From an uncultured Bacteroidota bacterium (GTDB taxonomy: Bacteria > Bacteroidota > Bacteroidia > Chitinophagales > Chitinophagaceae): a stretch of 60,217 nucleotides of DNA. The position numbers and the translations under genes were made by a program. The DNA is taken from assembly GCA_903862505.1 (NCBI GenBank), contig CAIOYQ010000054.1, forward strand, positions 1 through 60,217, written 5' to 3'. Of this stretch, positions 29,596-40,150 are shown piece after piece. Below the pieces are notes generated by a model. The model did not search any database. It saw only the letters and a list, made by a program, of their open reading frames with translations, and was not told where the DNA came from. Positions within the stretch are counted from its first letter, which is position 1; every line of letters begins with the position of its first letter.

Positions 29596-30690
29596 ATGAC
29601 AGAATCAGACATCCTAAAAGCACTAAGTAACGTTCAGGAACCGGATTTGGGAAAGGATTTGGTGACTTTAAATATGATCGAAGATATTGTCATTGATGGC
29701 AATAAAGTGGGTTTCACTATTGTATTAACGACACCTGCTTGTCCAATGAAGGATTTGATGAAAAATGCTTGTGAAAATGCAATTAAACTATTGGTGAATA
29801 AAGAAGCCATTATTACTGTTGGCTTTACTTCCAGAACAAGTAGCATTCGAAAAACGGACGACAAAATTTTATCAAAAGTAAAAAATATCATTGCCGTAGT
29901 AAGTGGCAAAGGGGGTGTGGGTAAAAGTACCGTTTCGGCAAATTTAGCATTGGCATTAGCGGAAGGGGGTGCTAAAGTGGGGTTAATGGATGCAGATATT
30001 TATGGGCCTAGTGTGCCTATCATGTTTGGGGTAAGAGGACAAAGACCTATGATGAGAGATGCAAATGGAGAAGGGATTATTCTGCCTATACAAAAGTTTG
30101 GGATTCATTTAATGAGTATTGGTTTATTAGTGGACGAAAAAGATGCCGTTGTTTGGAGAGGTCCTATGGCGAGTAGTGCGATAAGACAATTTATAAATGA
30201 TGTGGATTGGGGCGAATTAGATTATTTAGTAATTGATATGCCACCGGGCACTGGAGATATTCATTTAACCATTATGCAAACGGTTCCTGTTACCGGTGTT
30301 GTGATTGTAACCACTCCACAAACCGTAGCGTTGGCAGATGCTAAAAAAGCAATTGCAATGTTTGGTCAAGCCAATGTAAATGTTCCTATCATTGGACTCA
30401 TTGAAAACATGGCATATTTCACACCAGCAGAATTACCAAACAATAAATATTATTTATTTGGCAAGGATGGCGGTCGTAATTTAGCCGAGGAATATGATTT
30501 GCCATTCTTAGGTCAAGTACCCTTGGTGCAAAGCATTAGAGAAGGGGGTGATGCTGGCGTACCCGCGATGGTAGGGGATGACGAAATTTCAAAAGAAGCA
30601 TTAAGAGCGGTGGTTTCACAAGCTGTTCGTCAAATTGCGATTCGTAATGCAAATTTACCTAAAACACAAACTATTCCGGTCGCCCCTTAA
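29596..30690 (+). CDS. mrp: Mrp/NBP35 (ApbC) Fe-S cluster carrier ATPase
   Basis: N-terminal DUF59-like EPDL..TTPACP; SGKGGVGKST, DADIYGPS, WRGPM, DMPPGTGD, ENM. Confidence 0.93.
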   Translation: MTESDILKALSNVQEPDLGKDLVTLNMIEDIVIDGNKVGFTIVLTTPACPMKDLMKNACENAIKLLVNKEAIITVGFTSRTSSIRKTDDKILSKVKNIIAVVSGKGGVGKSTVSANLALALAEGGAKVGLMDADIYGPSVPIMFGVRGQRPMMRDANGEGIILPIQKFGIHLMSIGLLVDEKDAVVWRGPMASSAIRQFINDVDWGELDYLVIDMPPGTGDIHLTIMQTVPVTGVVIVTTPQTVALADAKKAIAMFGQANVNVPIIGLIENMAYFTPAELPNNKYYLFGKDGGRNLAEEYDLPFLGQVPLVQSIREGGDAGVPAMVGDDEISKEALRAVVSQAVRQIAIRNANLPKTQTIPVAP

Positions 30691-30750
30691 TATTTAAATT
30701 TTAACTGTATTCAATAAACTATCATTAATACATTCTTTTAACAAAAGCAC

Positions 30751-31446
30751 ATGTCTAATAAAATAATCATAGCCATAGACGGATTTTCATCCTGCGGTAA
30801 AAGCACTTTGGCAAAGGCTTTGGCAGCAAAGCTGGAGTATGTGTTTATTGATACAGGTGCTATGTATAGAGCCATTGCACTTTATTTTTTGAGAAATCAT
30901 ATTTCTTTTCAGGATGAAACAGCTATTGTAAAAGCTTTAAATAATATAAAGTTGCACTTTGAATACAATTCAAATACACTTAAAAGTGATATGTTTTTGA
31001 ATGGAGAAAACGTGGAACTCCTTATTCGTGAAATGCAAGTGAGTTCAAAAGTGAGTGAAGTGGCTGCTATTGCAGCAGTGCGCGATTTTGCAGTGGCGCA
31101 ACAACAAGCCATGGGGCAACAAAAAGGAATTGTAATGGATGGTCGTGATATTGGCACGGTGGTTTTTCCCAATGCTGAATTAAAAATATTTGTAACTGCG
31201 CAGCCGGAAATCAGAGCCAATAGACGTTATTTAGAATTACAAGCAACCGATCCTTCAATTACAATGGAAGCCGTTGCAGAAAATTTACAACATAGAGATC
31301 ATATTGATAGTACGAGGGAACATAGTCCTTTAAAACAGGCGGAGGATGCGCTGGTATTGGACAATAGCAATATAGATAGAGCAGCGCAATTTGAAATTGC
31401 ATTCAACTGGGCCAAAGAAAGTATTGATAAGTCAAAAAGTTTGTAG
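30751..31446 (+). CDS. cmk: Cytidylate kinase
   Basis: AIDG.SSCGKST, DTGAMYR, MDGRDIGTVVFP, RD..DS.R..SPL. Confidence 0.97.
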   Translation: MSNKIIIAIDGFSSCGKSTLAKALAAKLEYVFIDTGAMYRAIALYFLRNHISFQDETAIVKALNNIKLHFEYNSNTLKSDMFLNGENVELLIREMQVSSKVSEVAAIAAVRDFAVAQQQAMGQQKGIVMDGRDIGTVVFPNAELKIFVTAQPEIRANRRYLELQATDPSITMEAVAENLQHRDHIDSTREHSPLKQAEDALVLDNSNIDRAAQFEIAFNWAKESIDKSKSL

Positions 31447-31485
31447 CGCGCAAATTTCTATACGAATGAACTCATATTTGAATCA

Positions 31486-32721
31486 TTAGATCGCTTGGTG
31501 CTTTTCCCAGTCAAGAATTAGTTGATCCAATGCTGCTTCCTTACCAAAATAACCTGCTATTTTTTGGATAACAGATTCTACGACTGCATCAGGGCAGCTA
31601 GCGCCACTGGTCATTAGTATTTTCACCGTCTCTTTTTGAGGTAAATAATTATGAACGACTTGAGCCGTTTTATTTTTCCAATCGGCATGAATTATTTCGC
31701 TTTCGCTCACCACTTTACTAACATCATCAATAAAATAAGTAGGTAGTTTTTGCTCACACAATTCTACTAAATGAGAACTGTTACTGCTGTTTTTCCCACC
31801 CATGACTATGGCTAAGTCGGCACTGGTTTCCAACAAACCAATGACTGCGGATTGATTGTCATTGGTCGCATAACATAGGGTATCGCGGGTATCTGCAAAA
31901 TGTGCTTCTATATTTTCCGCGCCATATTTTTTAATAATTATTTGCTTTAAATAATCTGAAATGGCTTGTGTATCCGTTGCTAGTTGTGTAGTTTGATTCA
32001 CAACACCAATTTTTAATAAGTCCAAAATGGGATCAAATCCAATAGAGTATCTGCCAGCGAAAAATTCTTTAAATGCATCCACACTCATCTTCCCTAAAAT
32101 ATAATCACCTAACACAATAGTTTCTTCCATGTCATTAACAATCAATGTGGGTGTATTGGCAGCTGCATGTGAAAAAGTAGCCCTGGTTTCTTCATGTTTT
32201 GGTTTACCATGTATAACAACAGAGTATCCTTTTTTAGCAATTTGGTCGCTTCGATTCCAAACCTTTTCAACAAAAGGGCAGGTTGTATTATATTTTTGAA
32301 TTTCAATGCCTTTATCTTGAATTACTTTTTCTAATTCTAAAGTGGTTCCAAAGGCAGGAATCATCACAACGTCATCGGCTGTTAATTCTTCTAGTGGTAT
32401 AATTGCATTTCCATTGGTATCATGTAAGAATTTTACACCTTTTTGAATGAGGTCGGCATTCACTTGCGGATTGTGAATCATCTCACTTAATAAATAAATT
32501 CGTTTTCCTATATTTTCTTCAATGGTTTTATACGCGATATCAATGGCATTTTCTACCCCATAACAAAATCCTAAATGACGCGCTAAATAAAATTGCACGG
32601 TGCCTAAATCCAACAGGGTAGGAGTAAAATCTTTTTTTAATTTATCATCTGCTTTTCTTTTCTGCTTAATGGCAGTAATTAATCGGCTTCGATATCCATT
32701 GGGCACCTCAAATTGCTTCAT
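31486..32721 (-). CDS. ispH: 4-hydroxy-3-methylbut-2-enyl diphosphate reductase (long form)
   Basis: GFCYGV, IHNP, TTCPFV, HEE, NQTT, DTLCYAT..Q, SSNS..L, SGASCP; start moved to ATG at 32721. Confidence 0.93.
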   Translation of the reverse strand: MKQFEVPNGYRSRLITAIKQKRKADDKLKKDFTPTLLDLGTVQFYLARHLGFCYGVENAIDIAYKTIEENIGKRIYLLSEMIHNPQVNADLIQKGVKFLHDTNGNAIIPLEELTADDVVMIPAFGTTLELEKVIQDKGIEIQKYNTTCPFVEKVWNRSDQIAKKGYSVVIHGKPKHEETRATFSHAAANTPTLIVNDMEETIVLGDYILGKMSVDAFKEFFAGRYSIGFDPILDLLKIGVVNQTTQLATDTQAISDYLKQIIIKKYGAENIEAHFADTRDTLCYATNDNQSAVIGLLETSADLAIVMGGKNSSNSSHLVELCEQKLPTYFIDDVSKVVSESEIIHADWKNKTAQVVHNYLPQKETVKILMTSGASCPDAVVESVIQKIAGYFGKEAALDQLILDWEKHQAI

Positions 32722-32800
32722 TTGTAAACTTTTTAAGTTTGTTGAGGACAAAAGTACAATAAAATACGGCTTCCTTGCATGTGGAGCTTATCTTTGCGCC

Positions 32801-34717
32801 ATGCATTATGTATCAGTAGAAGAACTCACTAAAAGTTATGGAATTACCCCCCTTTTTAAGGGCATTAGCTTTAATATAAATGAAGGAGACCGAATAGCCT
32901 TAATTGCCCGAAATGGCGTTGGGAAAAGCACTTTATTGAATATTTTATCGGGAAAAGAGCACCCAGATGAAGGCACTTGTAAAATTCACAAGGACGTTCA
33001 TTTGGTGATGTTTGAACAAGAGCCTCAATTTATTGAAACGGCGACCGTGACACAGAACCTTTTTAATCAGCATCATCCTACCATGAAAGCCATAAGTAAT
33101 TATGAAATGGCTATGGAATCGGAGGACGAGGATCTGATTACCAATTCCATTATGGAAATGGAAGAGAACAATGCCTGGGATTTTGAATCGAAGGTAAAAA
33201 CCATACTTACGCAATTAAATATTCATCATTTAGAGCAGCCGGTTTCTAAATTAAGTGGGGGTCAACGCAAGCGAGTTTCATTAGCAAAGACTTTAATTCA
33301 AATTGGATTTGAACCTAAACATGTTTTATTGTTAATGGATGAGCCCACCAATCACTTGGATTTAAATATGATTGAGTGGTTAGAGAACTATTTGGAACAA
33401 GAAAAAGTAACCTTATTATTGGTATCGCATGATCGATATTTTTTAGAAGCGGTAACGGATGAGATTTGGGAAATGGAGCGGGAGAAATTGTATAGTTACA
33501 AAGGGGACTATGAAAATTATTTAGAAAAAAAGGCAGCACGTATAGAATCGGAATTAGCCAGTATTGATAAAGCAAAGAATACATTTAGAAAGGAATTAGA
33601 GTGGATGCGCAAGCAGCCCAAAGCAAGAACTACCAAGAGCAAGAGCAGACAAGATAATTTTTATGAGGTAGAAGCCAGGGCCAAGCAAAAAATTGATGAT
33701 ACCAATTTGCAATTGGATATGAAAATGACCAGATTGGGGGGAAAAATTATAGAGGCCAAAAAAGTGTATAAATCCTATGGCGACTTAGTGGTATTAAAAG
33801 GGTTTGATTATATATTTAGCAAAGGGGAACGCATTGGCGTAGTTGGAAAGAACGGAGTGGGGAAGAGTACGTTTTTACAAATACTACAAGGCATCACACA
33901 GCCGGATAGTGGTAAAATAAATGTAGGGGATACCATTGTGTTTGGCCACTTTTCACAAGAGGGCTTGGTGTATAAAAAGGATATGCGCGTTATTGAGTAT
34001 TTAAAAACTTTTGCAGAACAATTTCCATTAGCAAGTGGAGGCTCCTTAAGTGCAGCTCAATTTTTGGAGTTATTTTTATTCACCCCCGACAAACAGTACA
34101 CTTACTTAAGTGCATTAAGTGGAGGAGAGAAAAAACGTTTACAGTTACTGACCATATTATTTAAGAATCCTAATTTCTTAATATTGGATGAACCTACCAA
34201 CGATTTGGATTTACCAACCCTAGCCGTACTAGAACAATTTTTATTAGACTATGCGGGCTGTGTATTATTGGTGTCGCATGATCGATACTTTATGGATAAA
34301 TTAGTAGATCACTTATTTATTTTTGAAGGGGATGGAGTGATTCGTGATTATCCAGGAAACTATACACAATTTAGGATACTGGAAAAATCTAAGCAAAGCT
34401 ATGCTTCGGTAAGCTCAGATATAAGCTCGTCAAAAGAGCATGTGGTCGTTCCAGTTGAGCAACCAATTAAACCCATTGCTGCATCTTTAGAAAAGAAGGT
34501 GGCAGAGAAAATGACGTATAAAGAAAAACTAGAATTCGAAACCTTAAATAAGGAAATGCCCCTTCTAGAAGAAAAGAAAACAGCTTTTACAGCTCAATTA
34601 AATAGTACCAATTTAAATTACGAGGAAATTATTTCCATTAGTGAAAAACTAACAGAAGTCAATGCAGCATTGGAATTGGCAGAAATTAGATGGTTAGAAT
34701 TAAGCGAAAAACAATAG
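32801..34717 (+). CDS. ABC-F family ATPase (Uup-like)
   Basis: Two ABC domains (NGVGKST, LSGG, DEPTN, VSHDRYF), KQPKARTTKSKSR linker, C-terminal coiled coil; start moved to ATG at 32801. Confidence 0.93.
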   Translation: MHYVSVEELTKSYGITPLFKGISFNINEGDRIALIARNGVGKSTLLNILSGKEHPDEGTCKIHKDVHLVMFEQEPQFIETATVTQNLFNQHHPTMKAISNYEMAMESEDEDLITNSIMEMEENNAWDFESKVKTILTQLNIHHLEQPVSKLSGGQRKRVSLAKTLIQIGFEPKHVLLLMDEPTNHLDLNMIEWLENYLEQEKVTLLLVSHDRYFLEAVTDEIWEMEREKLYSYKGDYENYLEKKAARIESELASIDKAKNTFRKELEWMRKQPKARTTKSKSRQDNFYEVEARAKQKIDDTNLQLDMKMTRLGGKIIEAKKVYKSYGDLVVLKGFDYIFSKGERIGVVGKNGVGKSTFLQILQGITQPDSGKINVGDTIVFGHFSQEGLVYKKDMRVIEYLKTFAEQFPLASGGSLSAAQFLELFLFTPDKQYTYLSALSGGEKKRLQLLTILFKNPNFLILDEPTNDLDLPTLAVLEQFLLDYAGCVLLVSHDRYFMDKLVDHLFIFEGDGVIRDYPGNYTQFRILEKSKQSYASVSSDISSSKEHVVVPVEQPIKPIAASLEKKVAEKMTYKEKLEFETLNKEMPLLEEKKTAFTAQLNSTNLNYEEIISISEKLTEVNAALELAEIRWLELSEKQ

Positions 34718-34727
34718 GTTTTAATAA

Positions 34728-34767
34728 AATATGAGGCCTATGTTTATGTAATATGAGGCCTATGTTT
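34728..34767. repeat. Perfect 18-bp direct repeat (2 copies, 22-bp period)
   Basis: AATATGAGGCCTATGTTT at 34728-34745 and 34750-34767. Confidence 0.95.
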
Positions 34768-34831
34768 TAGATATTGCTTATATAATATTTTTAATATTGG
34801 ATATGTTCTATTACCAATTAAATAAAATGTT

Positions 34832-35245
34832 ATGAAACCAATTGAAAGAATCGCTATGTATTTGCAATTTAGAGCAATCACCCCTCATTCCTTTGAAAGA
34901 AAAATTCATTTGTCCAATGGATATTTTTCAAAGCAAATCAAAAATCTGGGATCGGTGGGCTCGGACATCCTTGTTAAAATTTATAATAGTTACCCCGATT
35001 TAAATATGTTATGGGTGCTAACAGGGGAAGGTCAAATGATTTTAGACGACAGGGAGGCCCAACCTGATTCAAAACTCGGTGAATTTAGTAACCGGTATGA
35101 ATCGGAAAATAGAAAATTAAAGTCTTTAGCGTCTGATGTCGAAAATTTAAATGTAGTGCTAAAAGACAAGGAAAAAATTATAGGCTTATATGAGTTTATG
35201 TTAAATGGGAATCACAAGGCAAGTACCATTGCCGATACCTATTAA
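34832..35245 (+). CDS. XRE/CI-like helix-turn-helix protein with C-terminal coiled coil
   Basis: IERI..YL..FERKIHLSNGY..SDIL.KI..YPDLN..WVLTGEG.M, a pattern typical of Bacteroidota CI-like N-domains. Confidence 0.75.
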   Translation: MKPIERIAMYLQFRAITPHSFERKIHLSNGYFSKQIKNLGSVGSDILVKIYNSYPDLNMLWVLTGEGQMILDDREAQPDSKLGEFSNRYESENRKLKSLASDVENLNVVLKDKEKIIGLYEFMLNGNHKASTIADTY

Positions 35246-35302
35246 AATAGGTAAAATAAGTAGTTGCTTATATCTATAATTAATTGTCTTTCCCCCAAAT
35301 AC

Positions 35303-35338
35303 AAAAAAGCCCCGTCTACATTAAACGAGGCTTTTTTT
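35303..35338. terminator. Bidirectional intrinsic terminator (gcvP / HTH gene)
   Basis: A6-GCCCCGTCTA-cat-TAAACGAGGC-T7; the mismatches become G-U pairs on the minus strand. Confidence 0.85.
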
Positions 35339-35385
35339 ATAGGTAAATCTTTTAAGGGTTGCAAATTCAAAAACCTTATTTGCAA

Positions 35386-38244
35386 TTAAGCATAAGCGGC
35401 AACGGGCTCACAAGTACAAATTAAATTTCGATCACCATGGGTGTTATTTACCCTTGCAACAGTTGGCCAGAATTTGCTTTCTGCAACATATGGTAAAGGG
35501 AATGCTGCGGTTTGTCTTGAATAAGCATGATTCCATTCTTCTGCACAAATTACTTTTTGAGTGTGTGGTGCATTTTTCAATGGATTATCTGTCTTATCCA
35601 ATGCTCCGTTTTCAATTGCTTTAATTTCATGATAAATTCCAATTAAGGCATCACAAAAGCGGTCTAATTCTGCCTTGTCTTCACTTTCTGTTGGTTCAAT
35701 CATAATGGTACCCGCAACTGGGAAGCTCATGGTAGGTGCATGGAAGCCATAATCAATTAAACGTTTTGCTACATCTTCTGCTTCAATGCCAGCCGTTATT
35801 TTAAAGGGTCTTAGGTCAATAATAAATTCATGCGCACAAGTGCCATTTTTACCCGCGTATAAAATAGGATAGCATTGCTCTAATCTTGATTTCATATAGT
35901 TGGCATTCATAATGGCATATGCAGTAGAAAGGGTTAATCCTTCTGCGCCTAACATTTTTATGTACGCGTAACTAATTAATAAAATACTAGCCGAACCTAA
36001 AGGAGCTGCGCTCACTGCGTTCGCGCTATTGCCATTATAATTATGACTAGGTAAGTAGGGCGCTAATTTATCATTCACACAAATGGGTCCCATGCCTGGT
36101 CCACCGCCACCGTGAGGGATGGCGAATGTTTTGTGTAAGTTTAAGTGACAAACATCGGCACCAATATTTCCTGGGCTCGTTAAGCCAACTTGCGCATTCA
36201 TGTTCGCGCCATCCATATATACTAAACCACCAAGATCATGAATAGTTTGACAAATATCAATAATGGTTTCTTCAAATACACCGTGTGTACTTGGGTAAGT
36301 AATCATTAAGCCACCTAAGTTTTCCTTGTGTAAAGTTGCTTTAGCAGTTAAGTCATCAAAATCAATATTACCTGCTGCATCACAGGCCACCACTATTACT
36401 TTAAAGCCAGCCATCACTGCACTTGCAGGATTGGTACCGTGTGCACTAATTGGGATTAATACAATATCTCTATGTGATTCCTTGCGTGCATGATGATAAG
36501 AACGAATGGTTAATAAACCAGCATATTCACCTTGCGCACCACTATTCGGTTGTAAGCTACAAGCGGTGAAGCCAGTCGTTTCACATAAATAAGCGTTTAG
36601 TTCTTTTGCCATTTCTTGGTAACCTAGTGTTTGATGACTAGGCGCAAAAGGATGCATGCTACTAAATGCAGGCCAGCTAACAGGGATCATTTCGGTTGCT
36701 GCATTTAATTTCATTGTACAACTTCCTAAGCTAATCATGCTAGTATTTAGGGAAAGATCCTTGTTCTCTAATTGCTTAATATAACGCATCATTTGTGTTT
36801 CACTATGGTGCGTGTTAAATACAGGGTGCAATAAATATTTAGAAGTTCTCACTAATTCCGCTTGAATATTTGCATTTTTAACGGCGGCGTTGGTAGCGTT
36901 TGATTTTTTGCCAGTCAATTTTTCAAATAAAGCAACAATGGCTTGAACATCGCTTACCGAAGTGGTTTCATCTAAAGAAATGCCAATGCTTCCATCGGTA
37001 TGATAGTTGAAATTAATTTGCGCTTCTTTTGCTAATACTTGTAAAGCAGCAATATCAAATCCCTTCACTAATAAAGTATCAAAATAAAAATGATTGGATT
37101 GTTCTAATCCTAAAGATTGTAATTGCTGATCCAAGCTTTGCGTTAAGCCATGCACTTTTTCGGCAATCTTTTTAATTCCGGCCGGACCATGATACACCGC
37201 ATACATTACGGCCATGTTGGCAAGCAATGCCTGTGCAGTACAAATATTAGAAGTTGCCTTTTCGCGTTTAATATGTTGCTCACGTGTTTGCAATGCCATT
37301 CTCAATGCACGGTTACCTTGTGCATCCACACTCACTCCAATTAAACGACCAGGCATACCTCTTTTAAATTCATCCTTTGTAGCAAAGTAGGCTGCATGTG
37401 GTCCGCCAAAACCCATTGGTACACCAAAACGTTGGGAGTTACCCACAGCAACATCGGCATTTAATTCGCCTGGGCTTTTTAATAAGGTCAATGCTAATAT
37501 ATCTGCCACTAAAATTACTAAGCCGCCAGCTGCATGCACTTGATTAATAAATGTTTCATAGGTTTCAATGCTACCCTTGCTATTTGGATATTGTATAATG
37601 GCACCAAAGAAACTACCGTCAATTTGTGCAGATTGATAATCACCTTCTACTAATTGAACGCCAATTGGATTTGCTCGTGTAGCCAATACATCCTTGGTTT
37701 GTTGGAAAATAGCGCCGTCAACAAATAATTTAGGTTGCGTGATATTGTCAGATTTGTTCACATGGTTAAAGATCATGGCCATGGCTTCTGCGGCTGCAGT
37801 AGCTTCGTCTAACAATGAAGCATTTGCAATAGGAAGTCCTGTTAAATCGGATACCATGGTTTGGTAGTTTAATAAACTTTCTAAACGACCTTGTGCAATT
37901 TCTGCTTGGTAGGGAGTGTATTGAGTATACCAACCTGGGTTTTCAAAAATATTTCTAAGAATTACACTAGGTGTAATGGTGCCATAGTAACCTTGTCCAA
38001 TAAAGTTTTTTGCAATAATATTTTTTTCGCCAATCGCTTTTAAGGATTGTAACATTTCAAACTCGGTCAAGCCAGTTGGAATTTCCATTGGCTTTTTTAA
38101 GCGAATAATATTAGGAACCGTTTTTTCAATTAATTCGTTCAAAGATTTTGCGCCAATCGCCTCTAACATTTTTTGGGTGTCAGCGTCATTGGGTCCAATA
38201 TGTCTTTTGATAAACTCTGCGCCACTTGTACTTGATTGCAACAT
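35386..38244 (-). CDS. gcvP: Glycine dehydrogenase (glycine cleavage P protein)
   Basis: RHIGP, YTPYQAEIAQGRLE, REKATSNICT, LGSCTMKLN, HLNLHKTF..PHGGGGPG, EPTESE. Confidence 0.98.
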   Translation of the reverse strand: MLQSSTSGAEFIKRHIGPNDADTQKMLEAIGAKSLNELIEKTVPNIIRLKKPMEIPTGLTEFEMLQSLKAIGEKNIIAKNFIGQGYYGTITPSVILRNIFENPGWYTQYTPYQAEIAQGRLESLLNYQTMVSDLTGLPIANASLLDEATAAAEAMAMIFNHVNKSDNITQPKLFVDGAIFQQTKDVLATRANPIGVQLVEGDYQSAQIDGSFFGAIIQYPNSKGSIETYETFINQVHAAGGLVILVADILALTLLKSPGELNADVAVGNSQRFGVPMGFGGPHAAYFATKDEFKRGMPGRLIGVSVDAQGNRALRMALQTREQHIKREKATSNICTAQALLANMAVMYAVYHGPAGIKKIAEKVHGLTQSLDQQLQSLGLEQSNHFYFDTLLVKGFDIAALQVLAKEAQINFNYHTDGSIGISLDETTSVSDVQAIVALFEKLTGKKSNATNAAVKNANIQAELVRTSKYLLHPVFNTHHSETQMMRYIKQLENKDLSLNTSMISLGSCTMKLNAATEMIPVSWPAFSSMHPFAPSHQTLGYQEMAKELNAYLCETTGFTACSLQPNSGAQGEYAGLLTIRSYHHARKESHRDIVLIPISAHGTNPASAVMAGFKVIVVACDAAGNIDFDDLTAKATLHKENLGGLMITYPSTHGVFEETIIDICQTIHDLGGLVYMDGANMNAQVGLTSPGNIGADVCHLNLHKTFAIPHGGGGPGMGPICVNDKLAPYLPSHNYNGNSANAVSAAPLGSASILLISYAYIKMLGAEGLTLSTAYAIMNANYMKSRLEQCYPILYAGKNGTCAHEFIIDLRPFKITAGIEAEDVAKRLIDYGFHAPTMSFPVAGTIMIEPTESEDKAELDRFCDALIGIYHEIKAIENGALDKTDNPLKNAPHTQKVICAEEWNHAYSRQTAAFPLPYVAESKFWPTVARVNNTHGDRNLICTCEPVAAYA

Positions 38245-38359
38245 AAAAGAAAGGTTTTAAATGGCCACAAAGATACTTAATTATCATAGGCTTCAAAATG
38301 CTTTTAAGGGAGGTGGGGAAAGCTTGTGGAAGAACCATAAAAAGATTACTTTTGGGTCT

Positions 38360-38842
38360 ATGATGGACCCTTCTGTTGAACATTTATATGAAACCCCCGC
38401 CCCGGAGATACTCAAAAAGTTTCAAAATTTTTTGAAAAGGGTGGACAAGCGCGTTATTTTAAAACAATTGCCCGATTTACATGAAGCCGCGTTTGAAAAA
38501 GTAAACTGCTTGGATTGTGCCAGATGTTGTAAAAATTACTCACCCCGCTTTAAAATGCCCGATATCAAAAGAGTAAGTAAGGCCATGGGGATGAAGGAAG
38601 TCTCATTTATAGAAAAGTATTTATCTATGGATAGTGAAGGTGATTATGTAGTGAGGACAAAACCCTGCCCTTTTTTAGCTACCGATAATACTTGTGGCAT
38701 TTATGACTATCGACCATCGGATTGTGAAAGGTTTCCTTATACCGATGAAGATGTGTTTTTTAAGCGTAGCGCTATTACTATGAAGAATGCAGAATTTTGT
38801 CCTGCGGTACATGATGTGATGATTGGATTATTAGCGAAATAA
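38360..38842 (+). CDS. YkgJ family cysteine-cluster (CxxCxxCC) protein
   Basis: CLDCARCC, PCPFL..C.IY..RP..C..FP; start moved to ATG at 38360. Confidence 0.88.
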   Translation: MMDPSVEHLYETPAPEILKKFQNFLKRVDKRVILKQLPDLHEAAFEKVNCLDCARCCKNYSPRFKMPDIKRVSKAMGMKEVSFIEKYLSMDSEGDYVVRTKPCPFLATDNTCGIYDYRPSDCERFPYTDEDVFFKRSAITMKNAEFCPAVHDVMIGLLAK

Positions 38843-38874
38843 AATTTGAGTTATTCTTTATCACTAACGCGTAA

Positions 38875-40143
38875 CTAGTACTCCATTTTTCTTAAACTTG
38901 GCGCTTTAAACCAGGTGGTAAATACTACAAGTATTGTCATTGTGCCACCAAACACCACCGAAGGAATAACGCCCATTAATTTAGCAGCTACGCCACTTTC
39001 AAATTGCCCCAGCTCGTTACTGCTATTAATAAACATGGAGTTTACACTCATCACCCGGCCACGCATATGGTCTGGGGTTTTTAATTGAACAATGGTGCCG
39101 CGAACAATCATGCTAAAGCCATCAAGTATTCCACTTAATACAAGTGCTGCAAAGGAAATCCAGAAAATTTTAGATAAGGCAAATACAATAATACAAATCC
39201 CAAAGCCCCCCACTGCAATCAATAATTTTTTTCCTTGACCTGAGTGCACTGGGAATATAGTGATGATAAAAATAATCAACATGGCGCCTATATCAGCAGC
39301 AGCATTTAGCCAGCCAAATCCAATAGGACCCACATTTAAAATATCTTTTGCAAACACAGGAATCATAGCAACCGCACCTCCAAATAAAACGGCAAATAAA
39401 TCCAGTGACAATGCGCCTAATAATTCTTTAGTTTTATATACATACCTCAAACCTTCCTTAACACTTTCCATTGGTTTTTGATCTACCACAATGTCGGCAT
39501 GAGGGGGCAAAGGATTTATTTTGGAGATAAACATAAAGCCAATACTCACTAACGCAACCACTACAATCAAGGAGCCCGTATGGCCAAAGCCAGCAATAAT
39601 AAAACCAACAATGGAATGCCCTAATATGGATGCACTCAACCAAATGCCCTGGCTCCAAGTAGTCGCATTTTGTAATAAATGTTTTGGCATGATGGAACCC
39701 ACGATGGTTCCAAAGCTAGGGCCTGTAAAAGATCGTATTATACCTGTGCAGAAAATGATAAAGTAAATACCAATGGCAATAATAAGGGTGTTTTGATCGG
39801 TGCCATGATCTGTCTTGTCATTGTAAATGGAGAGTCCCAATAAACCCAATGCGCAAATCCAATATAATACCACACCTCTTAGTAATAATTTTCTTTTTTC
39901 GCTAATGTCAATAACATGACCTGCATACAATGCCAATGAAACGGCGGGGATGACTTCGGCGAGACCAATCAATCCAATGGCAAAGGGCTCTTTGGTAAGT
40001 TCGTAAATCCACCAGCCTACTAAAGTGCCCATCATTCTTAATCCCATAATAAACAAGAACCGTCCAATCATCAGGTTCCTAAATTCAGCTACCTTAATGG
40101 CGCCAAATGGGTCTTGTTGTAAATTGGTTTTCGTACTTTCCAT
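38875..40143 (-). CDS. MFS transporter (EntS/MFS_3-like)
   Basis: About 12 TM segments; LDLFAVLFGGA, TPDHMRGRV..NELGQFESG. Confidence 0.88.
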   Translation of the reverse strand: MESTKTNLQQDPFGAIKVAEFRNLMIGRFLFIMGLRMMGTLVGWWIYELTKEPFAIGLIGLAEVIPAVSLALYAGHVIDISEKRKLLLRGVVLYWICALGLLGLSIYNDKTDHGTDQNTLIIAIGIYFIIFCTGIIRSFTGPSFGTIVGSIMPKHLLQNATTWSQGIWLSASILGHSIVGFIIAGFGHTGSLIVVVALVSIGFMFISKINPLPPHADIVVDQKPMESVKEGLRYVYKTKELLGALSLDLFAVLFGGAVAMIPVFAKDILNVGPIGFGWLNAAADIGAMLIIFIITIFPVHSGQGKKLLIAVGGFGICIIVFALSKIFWISFAALVLSGILDGFSMIVRGTIVQLKTPDHMRGRVMSVNSMFINSSNELGQFESGVAAKLMGVIPSVVFGGTMTILVVFTTWFKAPSLRKMEY

Positions 40144-40150
40144 AGTAGTG

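Noticed and set aside
32600-32800. Long N-terminal extensions in the ORF track (ABC-F from 32600; likewise htpG 8319, epimerase 16146, YkgJ 38261, clpB 45707)
   Set aside because: The extensions overlap neighbouring genes or promoter motifs, and family-typical sequence starts at the downstream ATG
32801-34717. ABC-F as an antibiotic-resistance (ARE) factor
   Set aside because: The linker and C-terminal coiled coil fit housekeeping Uup-like proteins, and there is no mobile context
34728-34767. 18-bp repeat as a mini CRISPR array
   Set aside because: Only two copies, a 4-bp spacer and no cas genes
34774-35273. 10-bp TTGCTTATAT on both sides of the HTH gene (34774-34783, 35264-35273) as att sites or target duplication
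   Set aside because: Short and AT-rich in AT-rich DNA, so plausible by chance; no recombinase or transposase nearby
38245-38359. Glycine riboswitch upstream of gcvP
   Set aside because: A TATCTTTG box sits only about 25 nt from the gcvP start, leaving no room, and no aptamer motifs are visible
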